Notes under the pieces: model-generated
What the model saw: only the letters and a program-made list of their open reading frames with translations
Told to the model about the DNA's origin: nothing
The model's database searches: none
From: an uncultured Dorea sp.
Lineage (GTDB): Bacteria > Bacillota > Clostridia > Lachnospirales > Lachnospiraceae
Assembly: GCA_948602995.1 (NCBI GenBank)
Contig: CAPEBR010000013.1
Span: forward strand, 27,908-91,907
Direction: 5' to 3'
Length of the DNA stretch: 64,000 bases
Position numbers and translations under genes: made by a program
Shown: positions 10,172 through 18,976 of the stretch, one piece after another
Layout of the letters: the number at the start of each line of letters is the position of its first letter
Position numbering within the stretch: the first letter of the stretch is position 1

Positions 10172-10864
10172 CTACAAAAGCCCTTCCTTGCGAAAGCTGA
10201 TAAAACAATTATTGCCAATAATAATATGATCTAACAGATCTATCCCAATTAAAGCTCCTGCTTCTTTAATCCGTCTTGTGGTCAGCTGATCCTCCCGGCT
10301 CGGGGTCGGGTCGCCGCTCGGGTGGTTATGCATAATAATAATGGATACAGCGTTCTTTTGCAATGCTTCTATAAAAAGCTCTCTCGGCGTGATCAGGGAA
10401 GCATTCACAGTTCCTTTGGAGATCTCGGTCTCGCCGATTAATTTCGATTTGGTATTCAGCATCAGAAGCTTCATGTGCTCCTGCTTTTCATGACGGAGGT
10501 CTTCCATATAATATTTTGCAATGGTATCCGGATTCTGAAAGCTTAGAAGATCCTGTGCGCTTGTCCTGGCAAGCCGTTTAGCAAGCTCTGATATACAGGA
10601 GATCTGAATTGCCTTCACCCTGCCGACACCCTTAATCTGCATCAGGCGCTCCCTGCTGAACTGATGGATGCTTAAGATACCGTGATCACCGGTATGATAC
10701 AGAATCCGTTTGGAAAGCTCCAGTGCGTTTTCTCCCCGTGTACCTGTACGCAGAAGTACTGCAAGAAGCTCTGCGTCACTGAGACTTTCTGCGCCGCGGC
10801 TCTCACATTTCTCATAAGGCCGCTCCATGTCGGGTATCTCTTTCATGGTATTTTTCTGATTCAT
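10172..10864 (-). CDS. radC: RadC-family JAMM-motif protein
   Basis: HNHPSGDPTPS JAMM motif and an N-terminal HhH region (LSDAELLAVLLRTGTRG). The start is probably ATG 10864 or 10846; the track start 10912 is a TTG. Confidence 0.85.
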   Translation of the reverse strand: MNQKNTMKEIPDMERPYEKCESRGAESLSDAELLAVLLRTGTRGENALELSKRILYHTGDHGILSIHQFSRERLMQIKGVGRVKAIQISCISELAKRLARTSAQDLLSFQNPDTIAKYYMEDLRHEKQEHMKLLMLNTKSKLIGETEISKGTVNASLITPRELFIEALQKNAVSIIIMHNHPSGDPTPSREDQLTTRRIKEAGALIGIDLLDHIIIGNNCFISFRKEGLL

Positions 10865-10938
10865 ATGTTCCTTTAGATTCAACGATGCTCTTTTGTAGAA
10901 TGAGAGTAGCAAAGACAGCCTGGCTGAATGTTTACGGG

Positions 10939-11199
10939 CTATAAGAAGCGGTAAATGATAATAGCAATAATAATTCCTATAATACTGGCAATTGTAATCT
11001 TAATCGTAAGCCCGAAGGTAATAACCAGCAGCCCCAGATTCAGTACGATCGGTTCGTGCAGTCCAAACATCTGCCCATAGCTTAACCACTTAAGGGCAGG
11101 CACGCCTTCAGACAGCATTCCGATAAAGCCGCCAAGAACAATTCCTGCCAGAATCAGCAGAAAAAGTGCCCAGGCATTCTTGCTTCCTGTTCCCTTCAT
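10939..11199 (-). CDS. Small membrane protein (DUF4321-like)
   Basis: Two or three TM helices. The ATG at 11199 has GGAGGAG 6 nt upstream. The DUF4321 assignment is from memory of the radC-neighbouring family. Confidence 0.55.
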   Translation of the reverse strand: MKGTGSKNAWALFLLILAGIVLGGFIGMLSEGVPALKWLSYGQMFGLHEPIVLNLGLLVITFGLTIKITIASIIGIIIAIIIYRFL

Positions 11200-11343
11200 T
11201 ATGTACTCCTCCTCATACTTCTCTAAAAAACTCAATATATTCTATCATATTTTCCAAAAACTGTATAGACTTATCCTATTAAAAATTTCTTAATCCCTTT
11301 TAAGATTTGTCGAAAGACAGACAGATTCTGCGGATATACCGCC

Positions 11344-12984
11344 TCAGAAAGCCTTTTCAAATGGCCTGTAAATACGGCTGACAGCTTCTGCCACCTTAAG
11401 TCCGTCTGCAGCCGCTGATGTAATACCTCCTGCATATCCGGCGCCTTCCCCGCACGGATATAGTCCGCTGACACTGCTTTCCAATGTCTCACATCTTACA
11501 ATCCTGACCGGAGATGAGGTTCTGCTCTCCACCCCGGAAAGTATTGCATCAGAAGCTGCAAATCCGGAAAGCTTCTGGTCAAATGCCTTGATACCTTCCT
11601 CCAGGGAGGCAGAAAGAAATTCCGGAAAAATCCCCCGGACATCTCCCCATGTATATCCGCCCTTTATATGAGGCATGACCATTCCCGGCCCTGCAGACGG
11701 CCTGTTTTTACAAAAATCTCCAAAAAGCTGTACCGGCACTTTTCCCTGTCCGGCAGAAAATGCCCGTTCTTCCAGATATCTTTGGAAATGCATACCCGAA
11801 AGAACGTCATCAGGCGTTTCCCCATACCTGGCAAAATCGTCAGGATGAACGGTTACGATTACCGCACTATTTGCATTCTCCCCATTCCGCCCGCTGTAGC
11901 TCATGCCATTTACTGCAAGACGTCCTGCCTCTGAGGAAGCGTTCACCACATATCCACCCGGACACATACAGAAGGTATAGACTCCTCTCCCGCTTCTGGT
12001 CTTAGCCGTAAGCTTGTAGGCAGCGGCTGGAAGCCTGCTGCTATGCCCTTTTCCATATTGCGCATCATTGACCAGCGCCTGTGGATGTTCCACCCGCACC
12101 CCTGCCGCAAAGGCCTTGGGCTCCATGTGGATGTTTCTCTGGCGAAGCATGGAAAAGGTATCCCGCGCGCTGTGGCCGATCGCAAGCACGGCAAGAGAGG
12201 TATTTAAAAATGACTCTTCCCCGGTTTTTGTATCACGCACCGTAAGACCAGACAGACAGCCGGATTCTTCCGATATATGAAGATCTGTAACCTTTGCGTG
12301 AAACCGCACGTCTCCGCCCATGCGTGTAATCGCATTCCGGATGTTCTTTACAACACCCGCCAGAATATCTGTTCCGATATGCGGCCTGCTCTCATATAGG
12401 ATCTCTTCTGGCGCTCCGTGCAGGACAAACAGACGGAGCACCTCCCGGTTGCGGCCGCACGTGTCATGAGTAAGGGTATTCAGTTTACCATCCGAAAAGG
12501 TGCCTGCACCCCCTTCCCCGAACTGTACATTGGACTCTGGAAGGAGTTCGCCTCCTTCCCAGAAATCCTGCACATTCTTTACACGGGTATCCACATCTGC
12601 TCCCCTCTCCAGCAGGATGGGACAGTATCCCATCCTCGCAAGCTCATAGCCGCAGAAAAGTCCGGCAGGCCCGGTTCCGATAATGACTGGCTGTTCGTTC
12701 AGTGGGATTGTTCCGGAAGGCTCTATTCTATATGCAGGTTCTTTCTCCCGGACAGTAATGTTTTTATTTCTTAATCTTTTATAGATCTGCAGCTCATGCC
12801 TTACCTGGACATCTATGGTGTAAACATCATAGATCTGCGGCTTTTTTCTTGCATCCAGTGAGTGCCGTCTGATCTTATAGGACATAAGCTCCGTTTCTTT
12901 TGTAAGGAGCTCCTTTACGATTCTTTTTCTCAGCGCCTCCGGGCTGTGCCCGGCAGGAAGCTTTAGCTGTTGAATTCTAAGCAT
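11344..12984 (-). CDS. FAD-dependent dehydrogenase (COG2509-type)
   Basis: Dinucleotide-binding motif IIGTGPAGLF; the 546-aa architecture is typical of the uncharacterised FAD-dependent dehydrogenase family. Confidence 0.75.
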   Translation of the reverse strand: MLRIQQLKLPAGHSPEALRKRIVKELLTKETELMSYKIRRHSLDARKKPQIYDVYTIDVQVRHELQIYKRLRNKNITVREKEPAYRIEPSGTIPLNEQPVIIGTGPAGLFCGYELARMGYCPILLERGADVDTRVKNVQDFWEGGELLPESNVQFGEGGAGTFSDGKLNTLTHDTCGRNREVLRLFVLHGAPEEILYESRPHIGTDILAGVVKNIRNAITRMGGDVRFHAKVTDLHISEESGCLSGLTVRDTKTGEESFLNTSLAVLAIGHSARDTFSMLRQRNIHMEPKAFAAGVRVEHPQALVNDAQYGKGHSSRLPAAAYKLTAKTRSGRGVYTFCMCPGGYVVNASSEAGRLAVNGMSYSGRNGENANSAVIVTVHPDDFARYGETPDDVLSGMHFQRYLEERAFSAGQGKVPVQLFGDFCKNRPSAGPGMVMPHIKGGYTWGDVRGIFPEFLSASLEEGIKAFDQKLSGFAASDAILSGVESRTSSPVRIVRCETLESSVSGLYPCGEGAGYAGGITSAAADGLKVAEAVSRIYRPFEKAF

Positions 12985-13058
12985 ATTTACCTTCCTTTAC
13001 AAGTGGGGAAATGCACGCATCCTGCTGTACGAAACGGCAGTTCCATCTGACCCCGGTA

Positions 13059-14300
13059 TCATTTTGCAGCCGCGTTTCCGGCCAGCCAGCCGGTTGCCCA
13101 TGCCCACTGCAGATTGTATCCGCCGCACATACCGTCCACATCCAGCAGCTCTCCGGTCAGATAAAGTCCTTCCACATAACGGGATTCCATCGTGTGGCAG
13201 CAAGCCTCCTGAAGGCGCACTCCTCCTGCACAGACCTGTGCATTGTCAAACCCATTGGTATCTTGTATCAGGAGCACCGTATGCCTGCACTGTCTGACAA
13301 ACCGCCGGATTTCGTCCCCTGACAGCTCCTTCGCCTGTTTTTTCGGAGAAATTCCCGAAAGTGAAAGAAGACATAGGGTAAGTTTTTCATGAAAAATACC
13401 GGCTAGATATTCGGAGACCTTCCTCCTCTCTTTCATACTTCGTTTCTGCAGATATTCTGTCAGCTCTGATTCGCTCATTGCAGGAAGAAAGTCAATGACT
13501 GCCTCTGCCCTGCGCTTGTGGTACAGCGCTTTCGAAAGATAACGGCTGATCTGAAAAACCGGAATACCCGAAATGCCATAATTCGTAATCTGCAGCTCTC
13601 CTGTGTCCGCAGATACTTCTGTCCCGTCCACAAGAGCAGACACCGACGCCTCTGTACGTACTCCCGCGGCATTTTTTAATGGATGATCTTTTACCTTAAG
13701 CTGCACCAGAGCCGGAACAACTGGTACAAGGGAATGCCCAAGCGACTTTGCCAGTGTATACCCGCTTCCATCTGAGCCGAGCACACTCGCCGCACGTCCG
13801 CCGCAGGCCAGAATCACTTTATGGGCATAGTATCGTTCCTTCCTGCGGGAAGTTCCGTCTGCATGTTCTCCCTGGATCTGAAATCCCTTTTTCCCCGGAA
13901 TGATCTCTGTTACATGGACGCCCATATGGATCCTGACCCCGGATTCCTCTGCCTCTCTGACAAGAAGCCCTCGAACCACAGAAGCCTGTTCACACCTTGG
14001 ATAAATGTACCCGTTTCTGGAGCGCACCATAAGTCCAAGTTCTTCAAAAAAAGTAATTGCTTCATGAGATCCGAACTGTTTCAGAACTTCTTCTACATAT
14101 CTCGTTTCCTCACTCCGAAAAAAGGAGGTGTCCATCTTCTCATTCGTAAGATTACATCTCCCATTTCCTGTAGAAAGAAGCTTCTTTCCCGCCTGCTCCT
14201 TATGCTCCAGTATAAAAACCTCTGTATTTTGCCGCCTGGCTGCCGAAATCGCAGCCATCAGTCCCGATGCGCCGCCGCCGATCACTCCGATTCTGTTCAT
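13059..14300 (-). CDS. HI0933/BaiN-like flavoprotein (NAD(P)/FAD-dependent oxidoreductase)
   Basis: N-terminal GVIGGGASGLMAAI, C-terminal TGELLDVDGMCGGYNLQWAWATG, which is typical of the HI0933 family. Confidence 0.8.
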   Translation of the reverse strand: MNRIGVIGGGASGLMAAISAARRQNTEVFILEHKEQAGKKLLSTGNGRCNLTNEKMDTSFFRSEETRYVEEVLKQFGSHEAITFFEELGLMVRSRNGYIYPRCEQASVVRGLLVREAEESGVRIHMGVHVTEIIPGKKGFQIQGEHADGTSRRKERYYAHKVILACGGRAASVLGSDGSGYTLAKSLGHSLVPVVPALVQLKVKDHPLKNAAGVRTEASVSALVDGTEVSADTGELQITNYGISGIPVFQISRYLSKALYHKRRAEAVIDFLPAMSESELTEYLQKRSMKERRKVSEYLAGIFHEKLTLCLLSLSGISPKKQAKELSGDEIRRFVRQCRHTVLLIQDTNGFDNAQVCAGGVRLQEACCHTMESRYVEGLYLTGELLDVDGMCGGYNLQWAWATGWLAGNAAAK

Positions 14301-15634
14301 TCTGTATCTCCTGTTAATAAGCCGTCATACCCCATTATATCGTGATCTGTAATCAGACCGTCCCGCATCATGTATTCCAGTGACATGAGGATTCCAAGCT
14401 TTGCGTGATGCCATGTAAGCCCCCCCTGGAAATATACTGCATAGGGCGGCCTGACCGGTCCGTCTGCACTTAATTCAATGGAGGAGCCCTGTACAAACGC
14501 CCCCGCTGCCATGATCACATCACTGTCATAGCCCGGCATTGCCCACGGCTCTGGTATGACATAGGAATCCACCGGAGCCGCAGCCTGGATTCCCCTGCAG
14601 AAGGCAATCACTCCTTCTGGCGTACCAAGTTCCACTGCCTGAATAATATCATGCCGGCTCTCCCTGCTGTCCGGAACCACCTTATACCCAAGTCTCTCAT
14701 ATATATTTGCGGCAAAGACAGCGCCTTTTAGGGCTCCGGCTGCCACCCCGGGAGCCAGAAACAGCCCCTGGTAAAAAGACTGCATCACGCCGAGAGATGC
14801 ACCTACTTCTCTCCCGAGCCCCGGCGAGGTAAGACGGTATCCACACAGGTCAATCAGTTCTTTTCTGCCTGCAATATATCCACCGATAGGGGCGAGTCCG
14901 CCTCCTGGATTTTTAATGAGAGATCCAACTACCAGATCTGCTCCCACATCACTGGGTTCTAGTGTCTCAACAAATTCTCCGTAGCAGTTATCCACCATAC
15001 AGATTACATCTGGTTTTATCTTTTTTACAAACGCAATCAGTTCCCCGATCTGGCTGACAGAAAAGGTTGGTCTTGTAAGATACCCTTTGGACCGCTGGAT
15101 TGTGATCAGCTTCGTATTTGGACGGACCGCCTTTTCAATGGCATCATAATCAAAAGTTCCGTCAGGAAGGAGCTCCACCTGGGAATAGGTAATTCCATAC
15201 TCTGCAAGAGACCCCTTTGACGGACGGATGCCGATTACCTCCTCAAGTGTATCATATGGCTTTCCTGCCGGAGATAAAAGCTCATCCCCTGGTCTTAAAA
15301 CTGCGCCAAGCGCAAGTGCGAGCGCGTGTGTGCCGCAGGTAATCTGCGGTCTTACCAGTGCACTCTCTGTATGAAAAACAGATGCATAGACCTCTTCAAG
15401 TGTGTCTCTTCCCAGGTCATTGTAACCATACCCGCTGGCATAATAATGAAGGCAGTTCTCATTGACCTGGCTCTTCTGCATAGCCTGGATCACCTTTAGC
15501 TGATTGTATTCTGCAGTCTGGTCAATCTCCTCAAACCGCTCCCTCAGGCTGTCAAGAATTCTGTCCCCAAAATGAGATACCTCATCCCGGATTCCCAGTT
15601 CTTTATAAAGTTCCGTAAGCTTAGTTTTCTTCAT
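14297..15634 (-). CDS. PLP-dependent YnbB/aluminium-resistance family protein (Cys/Met-metabolism lyase-like)
   Basis: Full-length similarity pattern of the YnbB family (GYGYNDLGRD...GSLIKNPGGGLAP). The ATG at 15634 has GGAGG 7 nt upstream and overlaps the upstream stop codon (TAATG). Confidence 0.8.
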   Translation of the reverse strand: MKKTKLTELYKELGIRDEVSHFGDRILDSLRERFEEIDQTAEYNQLKVIQAMQKSQVNENCLHYYASGYGYNDLGRDTLEEVYASVFHTESALVRPQITCGTHALALALGAVLRPGDELLSPAGKPYDTLEEVIGIRPSKGSLAEYGITYSQVELLPDGTFDYDAIEKAVRPNTKLITIQRSKGYLTRPTFSVSQIGELIAFVKKIKPDVICMVDNCYGEFVETLEPSDVGADLVVGSLIKNPGGGLAPIGGYIAGRKELIDLCGYRLTSPGLGREVGASLGVMQSFYQGLFLAPGVAAGALKGAVFAANIYERLGYKVVPDSRESRHDIIQAVELGTPEGVIAFCRGIQAAAPVDSYVIPEPWAMPGYDSDVIMAAGAFVQGSSIELSADGPVRPPYAVYFQGGLTWHHAKLGILMSLEYMMRDGLITDHDIMGYDGLLTGDTE

Positions 15635-15930
15635 TACATTGCCTCCATAACCTTTGTCTTCATCTGTGCACATTTTGCATCAAATTCCGGATTAAATAAA
15701 GGAATTTCAAGCAGGATATCTGCTGCCTCTCGGTAACGCTTCATATCATAGAGAAGCGCTGCCCGGTTCAGCTCATAAAAATAATACTCTCCTTCCTTTT
15801 TAATCAAAGGCTCCAGCCTCTCTAATTCCCTGTATGTCATCTCCGCATTCTGACTGGTGGAATAGACCTCCATCAGTGTATTCATCTTCTTTAGAAACTT
15901 TGATCTTCCGAAAAATCTCCTTCGTAACAT
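15634..15930 (-). CDS. Hypothetical 98-aa protein (TPR-like helical)
   Basis: Strong SD (GGAGGGA, 5-nt spacer). Its stop overlaps the ynbB-like start (TAATG), indicating translational coupling. No recognisable family. Confidence 0.6.
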   Translation of the reverse strand: MLRRRFFGRSKFLKKMNTLMEVYSTSQNAEMTYRELERLEPLIKKEGEYYFYELNRAALLYDMKRYREAADILLEIPLFNPEFDAKCAQMKTKVMEAM

Positions 15931-15986
15931 AATACTCCCTCCAAATGCAACTGCTTAGTACAATCATTTTCTTACGGTCTGCGCAG

Positions 15987-16955
15987 TCAATTCCCTCGCT
16001 TCGCCGGGGCAGGCCCTGCGAAGATCTGCTGAATAGCTGCCAGCATTGTACTTAACAGCCTCTTCTCATCATAATCACAGTCCCGCCAGTCAATCCAGAC
16101 AACGTCCTTCTCCCGCCTGAACCATGTAAGCTGTCTTTTGGCAAAATGCCTGGTATCCCGTTTGATTCTGTACACAGCCTCATCGAGGCTCATTTGCCCG
16201 TTAAGATATGCAAGTATCTCCTTATAACCCAGTCCCTGCATGGAGACATTCTCAGATGTATACCCCTTATTTTTCAGTGCCAGAACCTCATCTACAAGTC
16301 CCTGCTCCATCATCTGATCTACTCTCAGGTTAATTCTGTCATAGAGCCGTTCCCGCTCATCCGTTAATACAAAATATACAAACCGGTACGGCGGACTCTT
16401 TTGTTTCTCCTTTTCATTATGCTCGGAAATCCTCTGGCCGGTCTTGCCATAATATTCAAGCGCCCGGATGACCCTTTTCACATTATTTGCATGAATCTGT
16501 CCGGCAGATACAGGATCCACTGCCCGGAGTCTTTCATGCAGTGCCTCTGCTCCCCTCAGGTCTGCATATGCCGAAAGTTCTCTTCTAAGCTTCGTGTCCC
16601 CGTCATTGTCCGTAAAATCAATGTCATAGAGCAGCGCCTGTATATAGAAGCCTGTGCCGCCCACAACAATGGGGATGTGGCCGTTTGCATAGATCCGGTT
16701 CATCGCTTTTTTTGCCATCTGCTGGAAGCGTACCACATGAAATTCCTCAGAAGGCTCCAGTTCATCAATCAGATAGTGGGGAATGCCCTCCATCTCCTCT
16801 GGGCGTATCTTGGCCGAACCGATGTCCATATGCTTATAGATCTGCATGGAATCTGCAGATATAATCTCGCCGCCTACAGCCCTCGCAAGCCTGATCGAGG
16901 CTTTTGTCTTTCCAGAAGCCGTAGGTCCGGTCAGAATAATCAGTGGTTTTTTCAT
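15987..16955 (-). CDS. miaA: tRNA dimethylallyltransferase
   Basis: P-loop GPTASGKT and full-length MiaA pattern. Confidence 0.95.
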   Translation of the reverse strand: MKKPLIILTGPTASGKTKASIRLARAVGGEIISADSMQIYKHMDIGSAKIRPEEMEGIPHYLIDELEPSEEFHVVRFQQMAKKAMNRIYANGHIPIVVGGTGFYIQALLYDIDFTDNDGDTKLRRELSAYADLRGAEALHERLRAVDPVSAGQIHANNVKRVIRALEYYGKTGQRISEHNEKEKQKSPPYRFVYFVLTDERERLYDRINLRVDQMMEQGLVDEVLALKNKGYTSENVSMQGLGYKEILAYLNGQMSLDEAVYRIKRDTRHFAKRQLTWFRREKDVVWIDWRDCDYDEKRLLSTMLAAIQQIFAGPAPAKRGN

Positions 16956-16957
16956 AA

Positions 16958-18976
16958 TTATACAATCCTTTTAAACTTTTTTTCAAGCTCTTTTTTCGAC
17001 ATAGCAATAATGGTAGGTCTTCCATGTGGACAGTGGTAGGGATTGTCCAGTGTCAGAAGCTCTCCGATCAGCGTATCCACTTCTGCCGCCGAAAGTCTCA
17101 TATTTCCCTTTACAGCCGCCTTGCAGGACATGGAAGCAATCCTTTCATCAATCAGATCTGCAGAAATATTCCGGCTGACATCCACAGACAGCTGATCCAG
17201 CATTTCCAGCAAAAGCTCTTTTTTTGCAATACTGAACAAATTGTCCGGCACAGCACGTACCGCATAGGAATCCTGTCCGAATTCCTCGAATTCAAAGCCA
17301 ATACCAGTAAAGCGTTCCATGTAGTTATCAAGAAGCTCCCTTTCCTGCATCGTAAGCTCCAGCACAATGGGAGGACTGATCATCTGAGAGGTAAACTCTC
17401 TTGTCTTCATCCCTTTTAGTGTCTTTTCATAAAGTATGCGCTCATGTGCCGCATGCTGATCAATGATGTACAGACTATCATGATACTCCACAAGCCAGTA
17501 AGTGTCAAATATTTGTCCGATGATTTTATGTTCTGGTACTGCCCCGGGTTCTAACAGCTTATCCTCAAAAAGATTAAGCTGCTCTGGCTCTTTTACAGAA
17601 TCCTCCTCTTCCCGGGACTTTTCTGTATGACTGGCTGAATAAACAACTGCTTCCCGAATCCGGTCTGCCTGTATCCCGGGGCGGTATAGTTCTGATCTTC
17701 CTCTCACTTCCGCCGACGAGTTCTGTTCATGATAAGACCGGACCCGCTTTTTCATCTTATCCATGAAGTAATCCAGGTCATGCTCCGCAGGCTGCTCTGG
17801 TTCTGGCGTACGAAGTCCCCCTTTTGCCTTTTTCAGCAATATCTTCTGCTTTCGGGAATCCTGCTCCTGTCTTTCATCCTTCCCTGGTCTTCCTCCTTTT
17901 TCCGGATTCTCTCTCTTTGCATTTTTTTCCGCCCGGCTTCCGCCTGAAACAGGATCCAGTGTAATATGAGGTATCAGCTCCTCTGCGTGAAGCCCTGTAC
18001 TGACAGCTTCATACAGTACATTATAAACCTCCTGCTGGTTATGAAAGCGTACCTCCATCTTTGACGGATGGACATTTACGTCCACATGCTCCCCGTCAAG
18101 CCCGATATGAAGCACCACGAAAGGATATTTATGCTGCATGGAAAAATCCTTATAGGCATCCTCGACCGCCCTGGTGATTATATTGCTCTTAATATATCTT
18201 CCGCTGACAAAATAATTTTCAAAATTCCGGTTTCCCCTGGAGATTACCGGCTTTCCCAGGAATCCCGTAACATGGATTCCGTTTTTTTCAAAATCAAGCT
18301 CCAGAAGGTTTGCTGCCGCCTCTCGTCCATATACATGATAGATCACATCCCTGACACTTCCATTCCCGGATGTATGAAGCTTTGGCTGCCCATTATTAAT
18401 AAAACGGAAGGATATTTCCGGATGGGACAGGGCAATCCGGGTCATCAGATCCCCTACATGACTGGCTTCTGTCATGGCTGTCTTTAAAAATTTTTTCCGC
18501 GCCGGTATATTATAAAAAAGCTGCCGGATCAGAAATGTGGTTCCCTCCGGCGCGCCCGTCTCCTCAATATCCTCTTCCTTCCCGCCTGCAATACGGTATC
18601 TTGTACCGAATTCTTCTTCCCGTGTCTTCGTGATCAGCTCCACCTGGGACACTGCCGCAATACTCGAAAGGGCCTCTCCACGGAAGCCCAGGGAAGCAAT
18701 GCGAAACAGATCCTCCGCTGAACGGATCTTGCTGGTTGAATGTCTTAAGAATGCTGCCCTTACATCCTCCCCTGCAATCCCGCAGCCATTATCAGCGATT
18801 CTCATCAGGGAGATTCCGCCTTCCTTAATCTCCACAGTCACAGCCGTAGCACCTGCGTCAATTGCGTTCTCCGTCAGCTCCTTGATAACGGATGCCGGAC
18901 GTTCAATCACCTCTCCTGCAGCGATCTTATCAATCGTTACCTGGTCCAGTACTTGTATTTTTCCCATCTCTACCAC
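16958..18976 (-). CDS. mutL: DNA mismatch repair protein MutL
   Basis: GHKL ATPase N-terminus (AAGEVIERPASVIKELTENAIDA) and C-terminal dimerisation/endonuclease domain (DQHAAHERILYE). Confidence 0.95.
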   Translation of the reverse strand: MVEMGKIQVLDQVTIDKIAAGEVIERPASVIKELTENAIDAGATAVTVEIKEGGISLMRIADNGCGIAGEDVRAAFLRHSTSKIRSAEDLFRIASLGFRGEALSSIAAVSQVELITKTREEEFGTRYRIAGGKEEDIEETGAPEGTTFLIRQLFYNIPARKKFLKTAMTEASHVGDLMTRIALSHPEISFRFINNGQPKLHTSGNGSVRDVIYHVYGREAAANLLELDFEKNGIHVTGFLGKPVISRGNRNFENYFVSGRYIKSNIITRAVEDAYKDFSMQHKYPFVVLHIGLDGEHVDVNVHPSKMEVRFHNQQEVYNVLYEAVSTGLHAEELIPHITLDPVSGGSRAEKNAKRENPEKGGRPGKDERQEQDSRKQKILLKKAKGGLRTPEPEQPAEHDLDYFMDKMKKRVRSYHEQNSSAEVRGRSELYRPGIQADRIREAVVYSASHTEKSREEEDSVKEPEQLNLFEDKLLEPGAVPEHKIIGQIFDTYWLVEYHDSLYIIDQHAAHERILYEKTLKGMKTREFTSQMISPPIVLELTMQERELLDNYMERFTGIGFEFEEFGQDSYAVRAVPDNLFSIAKKELLLEMLDQLSVDVSRNISADLIDERIASMSCKAAVKGNMRLSAAEVDTLIGELLTLDNPYHCPHGRPTIIAMSKKELEKKFKRIV

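Noticed and set aside
16401-17039. Long antisense ORFs opposite real genes (16401-17039 vs miaA; 29374-30054 vs ybeY/phoH; 50685-51317 vs metY; 51466-52065; 54305-54988 vs alr; 57169-57540 vs rex)
   Set aside because: These are shadow ORFs on the opposite strand of well-supported conserved genes. They have low-complexity or Cys/His/Arg-rich translations, no SD, and no recognisable family.
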